The notes: generated from the letters alone by a model not told the origin. A stretch of 64,000 nucleotides of DNA from Orbicella franksi (GCA_964199315.1 OZ116708.1:27280001-27344000), one strand, 5' to 3'. Counted from the stretch's first letter, positions 26,866-38,205 are shown. Made by a program: numbers and translations.

Positions 26866-28066
26866 TTGTGCGATCGCCGCTCTACCAACTTGTAGTCCCT
26901 AACTCTGTGAATCCACAGCCAGCATATTGAGTGTAAATATGTAGAAATTTAGGTATTCATTTATGGGTGATCTGTCACTCGCCAAGCGCTGGCAGTTTAC
27001 GAGGCACTTGAGATAACAAAAGCTTCAACACACGCCGTTGATTGGTGAGCGAGATAATCATTAATCACGTATGGCGAATGCAAATTTTACTGCGTAATTG
27101 AAATTAAAATTTAAATGTAGTCACGCTTTTGTTCAGCTCCGTTTCATGTTGTTCACACCTAGGCAGAATGCGTTCAGACTTTTACTTTGCTTTCGTACTT
27201 TTTACTTAAATAAGGAAGATTAATTACAATAATAAAACCGTGTATTCTACAAGCCCAAAACCTGTGGTATTGCTGAATTCTTTTACTCAGTTTCACATTC
27301 CATTACCAAAACTTAACTGAAATTCAATTAGTGAATTTACTTGCGAAATATTGCTATTTTAATCGAATCCCCAAGGTCCTCGTTTCTGAAAAGACACCAT
27401 CAAACAATATTCTGTTATTAATCGTTTTATCAATTCTCATCACTGTGCAATTAAATGCCAAATGACAATGCATATCATTTTCGTTCCCAGGTGTTTTCTC
27501 TTAGAAACTAAGGGAAAGCCGTGGGAACGAGTTTAATGCGCATCGCGCATCAGTAGTCGATGTCATAATAAAAAATTGACCCTAGTTGGCGTAGATATAT
27601 GGGTGGAACATTTCATAGAAAGAAATAAAACAGTTTTGATCGCAAAGATGCATCTCCTAATTTCTTGATTTATCCATTCAAGGTGGTCAAACGAGCTCTT
27701 TTCACGTGCGCGCACCATGCGTCACCTGTCAGGTCCCATCGCATTCCTCCCCAAGCGCGGGCTCATTTCCCAAAACAGCGGCTGGTAATCGAGCCTATTC
27801 CCTCCCGGCTTCCTTGAGCGTTTCTGATTATCTCTAGTTCCGGAGCGTTGCGAAGATAAGAGTCAACAGTGGACTAAATAAGCATACTTTATAAACGCGC
27901 TAGGCTATAATAAAAAACGCTGAATGAGTTCTGCTATTTTTCTGCTCGTTTGTTGCACTCTAGGTTCGCTGTGAGTTCTCTTCTTTTTCTGTTTTTTTTT
28001 TTTTTTATTTATTTTTTTTTCTCTCGTTTTTGTTTTTATTTTGTTTTTCTGCGAGCTGATATTTAT

Positions 28067-28160
28067 TAGCCTGCGTCGCAGACGGTCTAAACCGCCGGTC
28101 CGGCTGCAATGCACGACTTTATCGGGGATTTTATCACACGTCCGGCTGCAACGCAGCCTG
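28067..28160. mobile_element. hAT-like MITE, short internally deleted copy (left border of the array)
   Basis: Begins TAGCCTGCGTCGCAGACGGTCTAAACCGCC and ends CCGGCTGCAACGCAGCCTG; preceded by ATATTTAT (28059-28066). Confidence 0.75.
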
Positions 28161-28233
28161 TCTGCAGCCAAGTGGTTACATTTCCGAGCTTCGGTTCGGA
28201 AGGGCCGGCGTTCAGCGCCCGAAGGGGAACTCC
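28161..28233 (+). pseudogene. 5'-truncated, mutated copy of the small RNA gene (copy 1)
   Basis: Starts at TCTGCAGCCAAGTGG directly after a MITE end. It lacks GGAGTCCC, and the B box is mutated (GTTCAGCG). Confidence 0.6.
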
Positions 28234-28826
28234 AATTTTTGTTTTCGTATTTGTGTATTACCGAAGAGTTTTCTTTTTCATACAATTCTTTTTCCCCTTT
28301 GAAGTAAGTTAGCTGGTTAAAAACTTTTTTTAAAAAATGACATCCTGATCCTGGCTGATCGTAAAATACCCATCTAGCCATGCCTTTATTTCCTTTAAGC
28401 CCTCTTTCTTAGCTTCTAACCAATAGATGAACTCCTTGAAAAGTACGCCTCACATTTGGAACTGAATTTTTTTTCGGTTTGGAAAAGATGTAATAATGGT
28501 CTTCAAAATACTCTATATAACTGAGGCAAAGCTATTTAAAAAGCTTAAGGGTTTAGTTTGAATGCTTTTGAGCTCAGCCCAGAAATAAACCTTATAAGCT
28601 ATTGAAGCTTTCCTTTGGCAACTTATGGCCTGGATTGTTAAATAAAGGCGAACTACTATTGTTAGAAGAAAGACAATCGTTAAAGAGGCTACAAATTACA
28701 TAGAGATTAGTCTCCATTGGTTCTGTCATTTCTTTTACGGCTTATTTTTTTAAGGATGGATTAGCCTGTCAATAGAACTACTTGTTGTTCGTATAGGTAC
28801 CGTTAAATTTTCTAACTACGTCATAT

Positions 28827-28907
28827 GGAGTCCCTCTGTAGCCCAGTGGTTACATTTCCGAGCTTCGGTTCGGAAGGGCCGGCGTTCAACGCCCACAGAG
28901 GGACTCC
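28827..28907 (+). ncRNA. Candidate vault RNA-like Pol III RNA gene, copy 2 (first intact copy)
   Basis: 81 nt. A box TAGCCCAGTGG, B box GTTCAACGC, perfect 12-bp terminal stem GGAGTCCCTCTG/CAGAGGGACTCC, internal hairpin TTCCGAGC-TTCG-GTTCGGAA, followed by AATTTTT. Confidence 0.65.
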
Positions 28908-29503
28908 AATTTTTATTTTGGTATTTGTGTATTACTGAAGAGTTTTCTTTTTTATACAATTTCCTTTTATTCCGTTTAAACTAAGTTAGCCGGTTAAAAA
29001 CTATCAGTTTAAGAAAATGACATCCTAAACCTGGCTGATCGCAAAATACCCATCTAGCCATTCCTTTATTTGCTTTAAGCTTACTTTCTTAGCTTCTAAC
29101 CAGTAGGTGAAGACCTTGAAAAGTACGCATCACATTTGCAACTGAAATTTTTTTCGGTTTGGAAAAGATGTAATAATGGACTTCAAAATACATTATAACT
29201 GAGGCAAAGCTATTTAAAAGCTGAAGGGTTTACTTTGAATGCTTTTGAGCTCAGCCCAGAAATAAACCTCATAACCTATTGAAGCGTTCCTCTGGGAACT
29301 TATGGCCTGGATTGTTAAATAAAGGCGAACTACTATTGTTACAAGAAAGACAATCGTTACAGACGCTACAAATTACATAGAGGTTAGTCTCCATTGGTTC
29401 TGACCTTTCTTTTATGGCTAATTTTTTTAAGGATGGAGTGGGCTGTCAATAGAACTACTTGTTGTTCGTATAGGTACCGTTAAATTTTCTAACTACGTCA
29501 TAT

Positions 29504-29584
29504 GGAGTCCCTCTGTAGCCCAGTGGTTACATTTCCGAGCTTCGGTTCGGAAGGGCCGGCGTTCAACGCCCACAGGGGGACTCC
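29504..29584 (+). ncRNA. Candidate vault RNA-like Pol III RNA gene, copy 3
   Basis: Same 81-nt sequence (3' stem CAGGGGGACTCC, one G:U pair), followed by AACTTTT. Confidence 0.65.
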
Positions 29585-30173
29585 AACTTTTATTTTGGTA
29601 TTTGTGTATTACTGAAGAGTTTCTTTTTCATACAATTCTTTTTCCCCTTTGAAGTAAATTAGCCGGTTAAAAAGATTTTTTTAAAAAATGACGTCCTGAA
29701 CTTGGTCGATCGTAAAATACCCATCTAGCCATGCCTTTATTTGCTTTAAGCCCTCTTTCTTAGCTTCTAACCAATAGATGAAGACCTTGAAAAGTACACA
29801 TCACATTTGGAACTGAAATTTTTTTTGGTTTCGAAAGAATGGACTTCAAAATACTCTATAACTGAGGCAAAGCTATTTAAAAAGCTTAAGGGTTTAGTTT
29901 GAATGCTTTTGAACTCAGCCCAGAAATAAACCTTATAAGCTATTGAAACTTTCCTTTGGGAACTTATGGCCTGGATTGTTAAATAAAGGCGAACTACTTT
30001 TGTTAGAAGAAAGGCAATCGTTAGAAAGGCTACAAATTCCATAGAGATTAGTCTCCATTAGTTCTGTCATTTCTTTTGTGGCTTAATTTTTTTAAGGACG
30101 GATGGAGTAGGCTGTCAATAGAACTGCATTGTCGTGCGTATAGGTACCGTTAAATTTTCTTATTACGTCATAT

Positions 30174-30254
30174 GGAGTCCCTCTGTAGCCCAGTGGTTAC
30201 ATTTCCGAGCTTCGGTTCGGAAGGGCCGGCGTTCAACGCCCACAGGGGGACTCC
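30174..30254 (+). ncRNA. Candidate vault RNA-like Pol III RNA gene, copy 4
   Basis: Identical to copy 3, followed by AGTTTTT. Confidence 0.65.
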
Positions 30255-30845
30255 AGTTTTTGTTTTGGTATTTGTGTATTACTGAAGAGTTTTCTTTTTC
30301 ATACAATTCTTTTTCCTCTTTGAAGTAAGTTAGCCGGTTAAAAACTTTTTTAAAAAAATGACATCCTGAACCTGGCTGATCGTAAAATACCCATCTAGCC
30401 ATGCCTTTATTTGCTTTAAGCCCTCTTTCTTAGTTTCTAACCAATAGATGAAGACCTTGAAAAGTACGCATCACATTTGGAACTGAAAATTTTTTCGGTT
30501 TGGAAAAGATGTAATAATGGTCTTCAAAATACTCTATAACTGAGGCAAAGCTATTTAAAAAGCTTAAGGGTTTAGTTTGAATGCTTTTGAGCTCAGCCCA
30601 GAAATAAACCTTATAACCTATTGAAGCGTTCCTTTGGCAAATTATGGCTTGGATTGTTAAATAAAGGCGAACTACTTTTGTTAGAAGAAAGGCAATCGTT
30701 AGAGAGGCTACAAATTCCATAGAGATTAGTCTCCATTAGTTCTGTCATTTCTCTTATAGCTTATTTTTTAAGCATGGAGTAGGCTGTTAATAGAACTGCA
30801 TTGCTGTTCGTATAGGTACCGTTAGATTTTCTAACCACGTCATAT

Positions 30846-30926
30846 GGAGTCCCTCTGTAGCCCAGTGGTTGCATTTCCGAGCTTCGGTTCGGAAGGGCCG
30901 GCGTTCAACGCCCGAAGGGGGACTCC
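30846..30926 (+). ncRNA. Candidate vault RNA-like Pol III RNA gene, copy 5 (variant)
   Basis: A and B boxes intact; variants GGTTGC and CCCGAAGGGGG; followed by AATTTT. Confidence 0.55.
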
Positions 30927-31506
30927 AATTTTCGTTTTGGTATTTGTGTATTACTGAAAAGTTTTCTTTTTGATACAATTTTCTTTTTTTCCGTTTGAAG
31001 TAAGTTAGCCGGTTAAAAACTATTTTAAAAAATGACATCCTGAACCTGGCTGATCGTAAAATACCCATCTAGCCATGCCTTTATTTCCTTTAAGCCCTCT
31101 TTCTTAGCTTCTAACCAATAGGTGAAGACCTTGAAAAGTACGCATCACATTTGGAACTGAAATTTTTTTGGTTTCGAAAGAATGGACTTCAAAATGCTCT
31201 GTAACTGAGGCAAAGCTATTTAAAAAGCTTAAGGGTTTAGTTTGAATGCTTTTGAGCGCAGCCCAGAAATAAACCTTATAAGCTATTGAAGCTTTCCTCG
31301 GGCAACTTATGGCCTGGATTGTTAAATAAAGGCGAACTACTATTGTTAGAAGAAAGACAATCGTTAGAGAGGCTACAAATTACATATAGGTTAGTCTCCA
31401 TTAGTTCTGTCATTTTATAGCTTATTTTTTAAGGATGGAGTAGGCAGTCAATAGAGGTACATTGTTGTGCGTATAGGTACTGATAAATTTTCTAAACACG
31501 TCATAT

Positions 31507-31587
31507 GGAGTCCCTCTGTAGCCCAGTGGTTACATTTCCGAGCTTCGGTTCGGAAGGGCCGGCGTTCAACGCCCACAGGGGGACTCC
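31507..31587 (+). ncRNA. Candidate vault RNA-like Pol III RNA gene, copy 6
   Basis: Identical to copy 3, followed by AACTTTT. Confidence 0.65.
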
Positions 31588-32169
31588 AACTTTTATTTTG
31601 GTATTTGTGTATTACTGAAGAGTTTCTTTTTCATACAATTCTTTTTCCCCTTTGAAGTAAATTAGCCGGTTAAAAAGATTTTTTTAAAAAATGACGTCCT
31701 GAACTTGGCTGATCGTAAAATACTCATCTAGCCATGCCTTTATTTGCTTTAAGCCCTCTTTCTTAGCTTTTAACCAATAGATGAAGACCTTGAAAAGTAC
31801 ACATCACATTTGGAACTGAAATTTTTTTGGTTTCGAAAGAATGGACTTCAAAATACTCTATAACTGAGGCAAAGATATTTAAAAAGCTTAAGGGTTTAGT
31901 TTAATGCTTTTGAGCTCAGCCCAGAAATAAACCTTATAAGCTATTGAAACTTTCCTTTGGGAACTTATGGCCTGGATTGTTAAATAAAGGCGAACTACTA
32001 TTGTAAGAAGAAAGACAATCGTTAGAAAGGCTACAAATTCCATAGAGATTAGTCTCCATTAGTTCTGTCATTTCTTTTATGACTTATTTTTTTAAGCATG
32101 GAGTAGGCTGTCAATAGAACTGCATTGTCGTGCGTATAGGTACCGTTAAATTTTCTTATCACGTCATAT

Positions 32170-32250
32170 GGAGTCCCTCTGTAGCCCAGTGGTTACATTT
32201 CCGAGCTTCGGTTCGGAAGGGCCGGCGTTCAACGCCCACAGGGGGACTCC
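32170..32250 (+). ncRNA. Candidate vault RNA-like Pol III RNA gene, copy 7
   Basis: Identical to copy 3, followed by AGTTTTT. Confidence 0.65.
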
Positions 32251-32839
32251 AGTTTTTGTTTTGGTATTTGTGTATTACTGAAGAGTTTTCTTTTTCATAC
32301 AATTCTTTTTCCCCTTTGAAGTAAGTTAGCCGGTTAAAAACTTTTTTAAAAAAATGACATCCTGAACCTGGCTGATCGTAAAATACCCATCTAGCCATGC
32401 CTTTATTTGCTTTAAGCCCTCTTTCTTAGCTTCTAACCAATAGGGGAAGACCTTGAAAAGTACGCATCACATTTGGAACTCAGTGAAATTTTTTTTGGTT
32501 TCGAAAGAATGAACTTCAAAATACTCTATAACTGAGGCAAAGCTATTTAAAAAGCTTGAGGGTATAGTTTGAATGCTTTTGAGCTCAGCCCAGAAATAAA
32601 CCTTATAAGCTATTTAAACTTTCCTTTGGCAACTTGTGGCATGGATTGTTAAATAAAGACGAACTACTTTTGTTAGAAGAAAGACAATCGTTAGAGGGCC
32701 TACAATTATTACATAGAGATTAGTCTCCATTGTATATGTCATTTCTTTTATAGCTTATTTTTTAAGGATGGAGTAGGCAGTCAATAGAACTGCATTGTCG
32801 TGCGTATAGGTACCGTTAAATTTTCTTATTACGTCATAT

Positions 32840-32920
32840 GGAGTCCCTCTGTAGCCCAGTGGTTACATTTCCGAGCTTCGGTTCGGAAGGGCCGGCGTTC
32901 AACGCCCACAGGGGGACTCC
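32840..32920 (+). ncRNA. Candidate vault RNA-like Pol III RNA gene, copy 8
   Basis: Identical to copy 3, followed by AATTTTT. Confidence 0.65.
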
Positions 32921-33325
32921 AATTTTTATTTTGGTATTTGTGTATTACTGAAGTGTTTTCTTTTTCGTAAAATTTTCTTGTTTTCCGTGTAAAGTAAGTT
33001 AGCCGGTTAAAAAGTTTTTTTGAAAAATGACATCCTGAACCTGGCTGATTGTAAAATGCCCATTTAACCATGCCTTTATTTGCTTTAAGCCCTCTTTCTT
33101 AGCTTCTAACCAATAGGTGAAGGCCTTGAAAAGTACGCATCACATTTGAAACTGAAATTTTTTTCGGTTTGGAAAAGATGTAATAATGGACTTCCAAATA
33201 CCCTATAACTGAGGCAAAGCCATTTAAAACGCTTAAGGGTTTAGGCTGTCAATACAACTACATTGCATGTGCATATAGGTAGCGTTAAATTTTCTAACCA
33301 CGTCATATTGAGTCCCTCTTTTGCC

Positions 33326-33506
33326 TAGCTTGCGTCGCAGACAGTCTAAACCGCCAGTATAAGAAGACGCGTAAGAAACTAGCCAATCAGAAATGGATAC
33401 AGAAATTCGTGTATCTATGCGGGAAATCAGAACAAGCTTTTGGGAGCCGTTTAGCAGACGGACTATATCGGAGATTTTATGATCCGTCCGGCTGCAATGC
33501 AGGCTA
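33326..33506. mobile_element. hAT-like MITE, same family (right border of the array)
   Basis: Begins TAGCTTGCGTCGCAGACAGTCTAAACCGCC and ends CCGGCTGCAATGCAGGCTA; followed by ATATTTAT (33507-33514). Confidence 0.8.
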
Positions 33507-35238
33507 ATATTTATTCGAGCTCGTAAAAGCGAACGCCCGTGGGGAAACGCAAAGGAAATAGAGGGGTTGACAAGCTAACAAAGGTGACGGTATGCAAAGG
33601 TTCTCTTTAAATGTGTGCATATAGTTTAAATCTGAGAACAAAGCAATCAATGTCTGAAACGACGTGCTTCAAGTTTGTTTGAAGACTTGATCAGTTCAAT
33701 TTTTTCGCATACGGAAACCTGATTCTTGTTTCAAATCTTCTCGTCACTCAATCGAACAGATACGCGACCTTCAGCGTGCTACGACTGCTCGGATTTTTGG
33801 AAATGTTGCAGGGAATGTTAAAGCAGGGTTTTGCACAGTCGACTGACCAGGGACGGGAGGCTCTATATGGTAGCCCCTTCCGCCCCCTCCCCAACCCCCC
33901 CTCCCTCTAAATGCGCGCGCAGGTCAAAAGTAGTCCGAGGTAAACCTTCGGTGGCACCTTGCTTGTCAGGTCCAATGTGGGTTCAAGGGACTGTATAGAT
34001 CGTGCAAACAAGAAGAAAAATATATGAACGTCAACAATAGATTATGATCCAGATCATATTCTCTTGACGCCAAACGCTTTTCATTGAAGACAGCAACTTT
34101 TCTTTATTTTTTACGTGAATATTTTTTCTCAAATTGAACACGACCAAGAGATATTTTCTAACCTGAGAAAGAAGCTCATTTGATGAAGCATTTCTGAAAA
34201 GAGCATTTCCATAAAAGTAAAACTCTAGCATCTATTTTTTCCGTTTATTTCCCTGTTTGTAGAAGGAAGTTATAATTCAAATGGTTTATTCTGTCTTTGC
34301 ATGGTTTTCATACATACGCCGAAAGAGAGTGAAAAAATGTGGCTAGCCCGTAACCCCACAGAACAAAGCACTTCATTGGTTTATTAAACAAGCCGGATCA
34401 CACTATTCCCAAACGCACAAACAACAATTAAGATTCCAGAGAGGCGGTGGTACAATGAGTAAAATGGCGGGAAAAAGCTTGCAGTGACTAAAATTCGTGA
34501 CGTACTTGTTCACCATTGGTCCAATCTTATTTTCCATATTCATGATGAGTCTTGCTGATGTGAGGTGTTTGTTTGTCATTCAGAGAAGTTCGCGGACTGG
34601 TAGGATGTGTATCGTTCCCTTCTTCACGAGAAGAAACTTCAAAGACGATTTACTGAAGGCGTTTGGAGAAGAAGTAGTTTCACATTGTGTAAATCTATGG
34701 TAGGTTGCTATTTCCTGGCATTTTAGTTCAAATTGGTGCGAAGTATTCCGACAAATGCTACTCCAAATCTGACCACGTACGCTTGTTAACTCGGTTTACG
34801 TTTCGCGTCGAAGCTCACAATGCCTCATGTCTAAGCCACGACTAAAACTTGTAATGAAATAACACTTGAATCATTCGAGACGGTTTGTTGAACTTATTTT
34901 GTTTTCTTGAGAATTTTTCGTTCGTCCCGCAAGTTGCTCCAAGATGATAAATGATTCCGTTGAGAAACAGGGGGAAAATATTACACTGATTTGTTCTAAT
35001 TTATAGTTATTGTTGATCACCGTTGACACGTTTGGATTTGCTCCTTCCACTTTCAGAAAGAAAAGTCCTGAAGAGAGCAAAGTCGGTGGACAACAAGGAA
35101 CAAGTCAACTTTACATTAACTAGAGGAGGACACAAAGATAAGAACATTATTTGTAAATTTAGTTCAGTTTACAGTGAAACCTTTCCAATAGAAATGGCAG
35201 CGTTTTTACATGACAATTTTTGGAGTTAATTTCAAAAC

Positions 35239-35632
35239 TGATCAAGAGTTAAGTTCTCGCTCGCTTCTCGCAGGGAAAATTGTCTGAGTTGCCAAATTGA
35301 ATGCATTCACAATATTTTGTAGGAAAGTTCTGATTCTTACATGGCTGATCAAAAGTAATGTTCTCGCTTTAGGAAAAATTGTCTGACTTACCAAATTGAA
35401 TGCATTCACATTTTTTGCAGCAAGGTTCTAATAATTACATAGCTCAGTGATCACAAGTTAAGTTCTCGCTTCATCCTGACAGGAGAAATTGTCTGACTTG
35501 TCAAATTAAATGCTTCGCCTTTTTTTGTTCTGAGGTTATGGTTCTTAAATGGCTGATCAGTCAATAGTTACGTTCTCGCTTTACTCTGACAGGAGAAATT
35601 GTCTGATTTGCCAAATTAAATGCATTCGCATT
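35239..35632. repeat. Minisatellite, ~105-bp unit x ~4
   Basis: TGATCA...GTTCTCGCT...AATTGTCTGA...AATGCATTC recurs at 35239, 35346, 35448 and 35554. Confidence 0.85.
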
Positions 35633-36229
35633 GAAGCTCAGAAACAGTTACTTTGAATTCTGCTTTTTATTGGAAAGGTTTTACGAGTGTCATGTTTTCA
35701 CAAAGTGCATTTATTTTCGAGTGATTCGGACATTTCGTTGATTCAAACTGAATTCTGTTTGGCTTTTGCATGCTTTACCATTTCGTTCAAATTCGAGTTT
35801 GTTTTCTATTCGTTAAAAACTGCGAAACATATCGCGGCTAAAGCCCCTGGTTTGAAAACATGGCACACTACAGTTAAACTTTTAAAGATGGCCTTGTATG
35901 TTCACTGAAGCAGTGATAGCAACAACTAGCACAATGTTTGGATTATTTTGCCTCCAAATTCATTCGCGTCAAGTTTTGAGTTTTTTTTTCGTTGTTTTTC
36001 GGCGTTAATTTGTTTGTTTTTCAACATCGTTAAATGCCGTAGACTCGACATGCAGAGCCATCTTAATATTAAGTTACTTGTTAGTTTGACTTGACACATG
36101 TATTCAGTGAGGTTGCAAAGAATTATTGTCTGGGTTTTCTGCAATTCTCGACAAAGTAGGATTGAAAAAGTTTCATTTATTTTTCGAGTAGAAATTGAAC
36201 TAAGTCAGTTCCGTTAATCGATGTTCAAT

Positions 36230-36850
36230 TCTGACTGTCTTGGATCTCTATAAAATTGTCTAAAACTCTTCATCTGCGAATGTTAAATTCAGATCTCCCT
36301 GGATTTTTTAATATTCTTTTAAAAAATTCATTTCGGGTGAATCGCTAAGAAAATTTAACGATCGTGTTGCAATAATTTATCTTAATCATAATTGTCTTGT
36401 AGTTTTCAAATTTGTTCTAAAAAATTCAACAATCTCGTTGCAACAATCTACATTTATTTCTGTCTTGGATCTGTATATTGTACTAAATCAATTCTGTTTA
36501 TCGTCGAAAAATATTGACGATCTTCCATCAATTTGTTCAATTCTGATTGCTTTAAATCGATGTTTTAAATCGCTGTAGAAACTTGATGATTGTTCTGGAA
36601 AGACTCGGCCAATATTAAATTCTATCTTCTTGGATTTTTGAATTATGATCAACTAATTCTGCTACATCGCTAAACAAAATTTACGAGGGCACCTTATCGA
36701 TTTTCATTCATCGTAATTGTCTTGGACTTTCAATTGTGATGGCAAAAACTGACGACCATTTTTGATCCGTGTATAGTTACAATTGTCTTGGATTTCCAAA
36801 TTGTGTTCACTCGTTTCTGTTGAATCGCTGATACAAATTGTCTAACTTGG
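36230..36850. repeat. Highly degenerate tandem repeat (~80-bp periodicity)
   Basis: Recurrent TGTCTTGGA and ATCGCT motifs. Confidence 0.45.
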
Positions 36851-37904
36851 CAATTTTTTTCGTTCAACACGATACCCAGACAATAATCTTTAGTATCTCA
36901 CTGAATATTACATTATATTTCTCGAAGGTAACATGGCAAGCCAATTTTTCGTTTGTTTTGTTTTTTGTTCATCGGCAAGTAACTAATCGGATCGGTTTAA
37001 TTTTAACTTGATACGCGAGTAACTTCGGGATTTTTTTTTTTTTTTTTTGATTTTATAGTTCAAATCAACTTGCTGGCTTGCCTATTTACCTTCTTGATAT
37101 ATAATGTAGTGTAATAACATTACGTGAAATAGTGTGTCCTAAAACGACGAGCAGCTGGAAATCCGTTTACAGAAATGAGAAGATCGGGCAAAAATTAGCA
37201 GATTAAAATTAGTTCAACTACAACGTTTCAGCACACTGGTTTGGATGTTGAGACGAAGAGAACATTTTTTGACTCGTTATGATCAAGAGAGCTTGTATAG
37301 TTGGGCTCAATTTACCCAGCGATATGAACTTTCTTAATTGTTACGATTTAAAAATGTTTTCATCTTCTCAGTGTTCAACCTAGTGCGTTCAAAAGTTGCA
37401 GTTGTGCTAATTTTTATCTACTCTTCTCATTTCTGTATATTTCTCGCTGTTTGGCGTTTTAGGACATACTATTTTATGTAATGTTAGGGTGTAATACTCC
37501 ATCTTGTGCAAAAATTTTATCTCAAATTTTTGTATAAGACGGTGAATCACATTTTTGGCGGGAAAATAATTCAAGGGGGTACCCCCTTAAAATTTTTGTC
37601 AAAAAAGTTGCCAGGGGAAACGCTGTGCAAATTTTTTCCAATTTTCCCGCCAAAAGTCTTAGTATATATAGGGCAAATTTTTTGATGACACCTTTGTAAT
37701 TAATTTAATGGAAAATCACTTAATTAATTATTCAAGTTGAATAAAACTAACTTGCTTGTATTTATTGTTTGAATGAAATATTTTATTAAAGATAATAAAG
37801 AATACAAAGAAGACATTTGAACTTTACTGACTTCTGTTAATAGCAATATAAAATAACAGAGACCAGAAAAAGACTAAATAACTTTTATTGATATACTTGA
37901 AAAA

Positions 37905-38205
37905 AAAAAAAAAAATGGCGCATGCGTATTTTGGGCGCCGTATTTTTTCTAAGATTTTTTGCGGGAAAAATAAAAATTTTAAACGGAATACATAAAGTAT
38001 AAGACGATTTTTTTAACAAAAAAAATTGGCGCATGCGTATTTTGAGCGCCCGTATTTTTTCTAAGTTTTTTGGCGGGAAAAATAAAAATTTTAAACGGAG
38101 TACATAAAGTATAAGACGATTTTTTAAACAAAAAAAAAAAAAATTGGCGCATGCGTATTTTAAGCGCCCGTATTTTTTCTAAGTTTTTTGGCGGGAAAAT
38201 TAGGA
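37905..38205. repeat. Tandem repeat, ~115-bp unit x ~2.6
   Basis: TGGCGCATGCGTATTTT...GCGGGAAAA...AAAGTATAAGACGATTT repeats at ~37916, 38028 and 38146. Confidence 0.9.

Larger units (their letters stand above)
28161..33325 (+). repeat. Tandem array of ~660-677-bp units, each carrying one small Pol III-type RNA gene
   Basis: The invariant block GGAGTCCCTCTGTAGCCCAGTGGTT starts at 28827, 29504, 30174, 30846, 31507, 32170 and 32840 (periods 677, 670, 672, 661, 663, 670). There is a 5'-truncated copy at 28161 and a 5' stub at 33310-33325. Spacers are AT-rich and carry many substitutions and indels. Confidence 0.97.

Noticed and set aside
28827-28907. tRNA gene interpretation of the 81-nt unit
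   Set aside because: It has A/B boxes and an acceptor-like stem, but no D-stem closure, no 7-nt anticodon loop (a UUCG tetraloop instead) and no 5-bp T stem. The panhandle extends 5 bp beyond a tRNA acceptor stem.
28161-33325. CRISPR-like array, or coding repeats (the recurring 60-96-aa ORFs such as MARWVFYDQPGSGCH...)
   Set aside because: The spacers are homologous ~590-bp sequences, not unique 30-40-mers, and no cas genes are present. The ORFs are broken by indels in several units and merely overlap the conserved RNA block.
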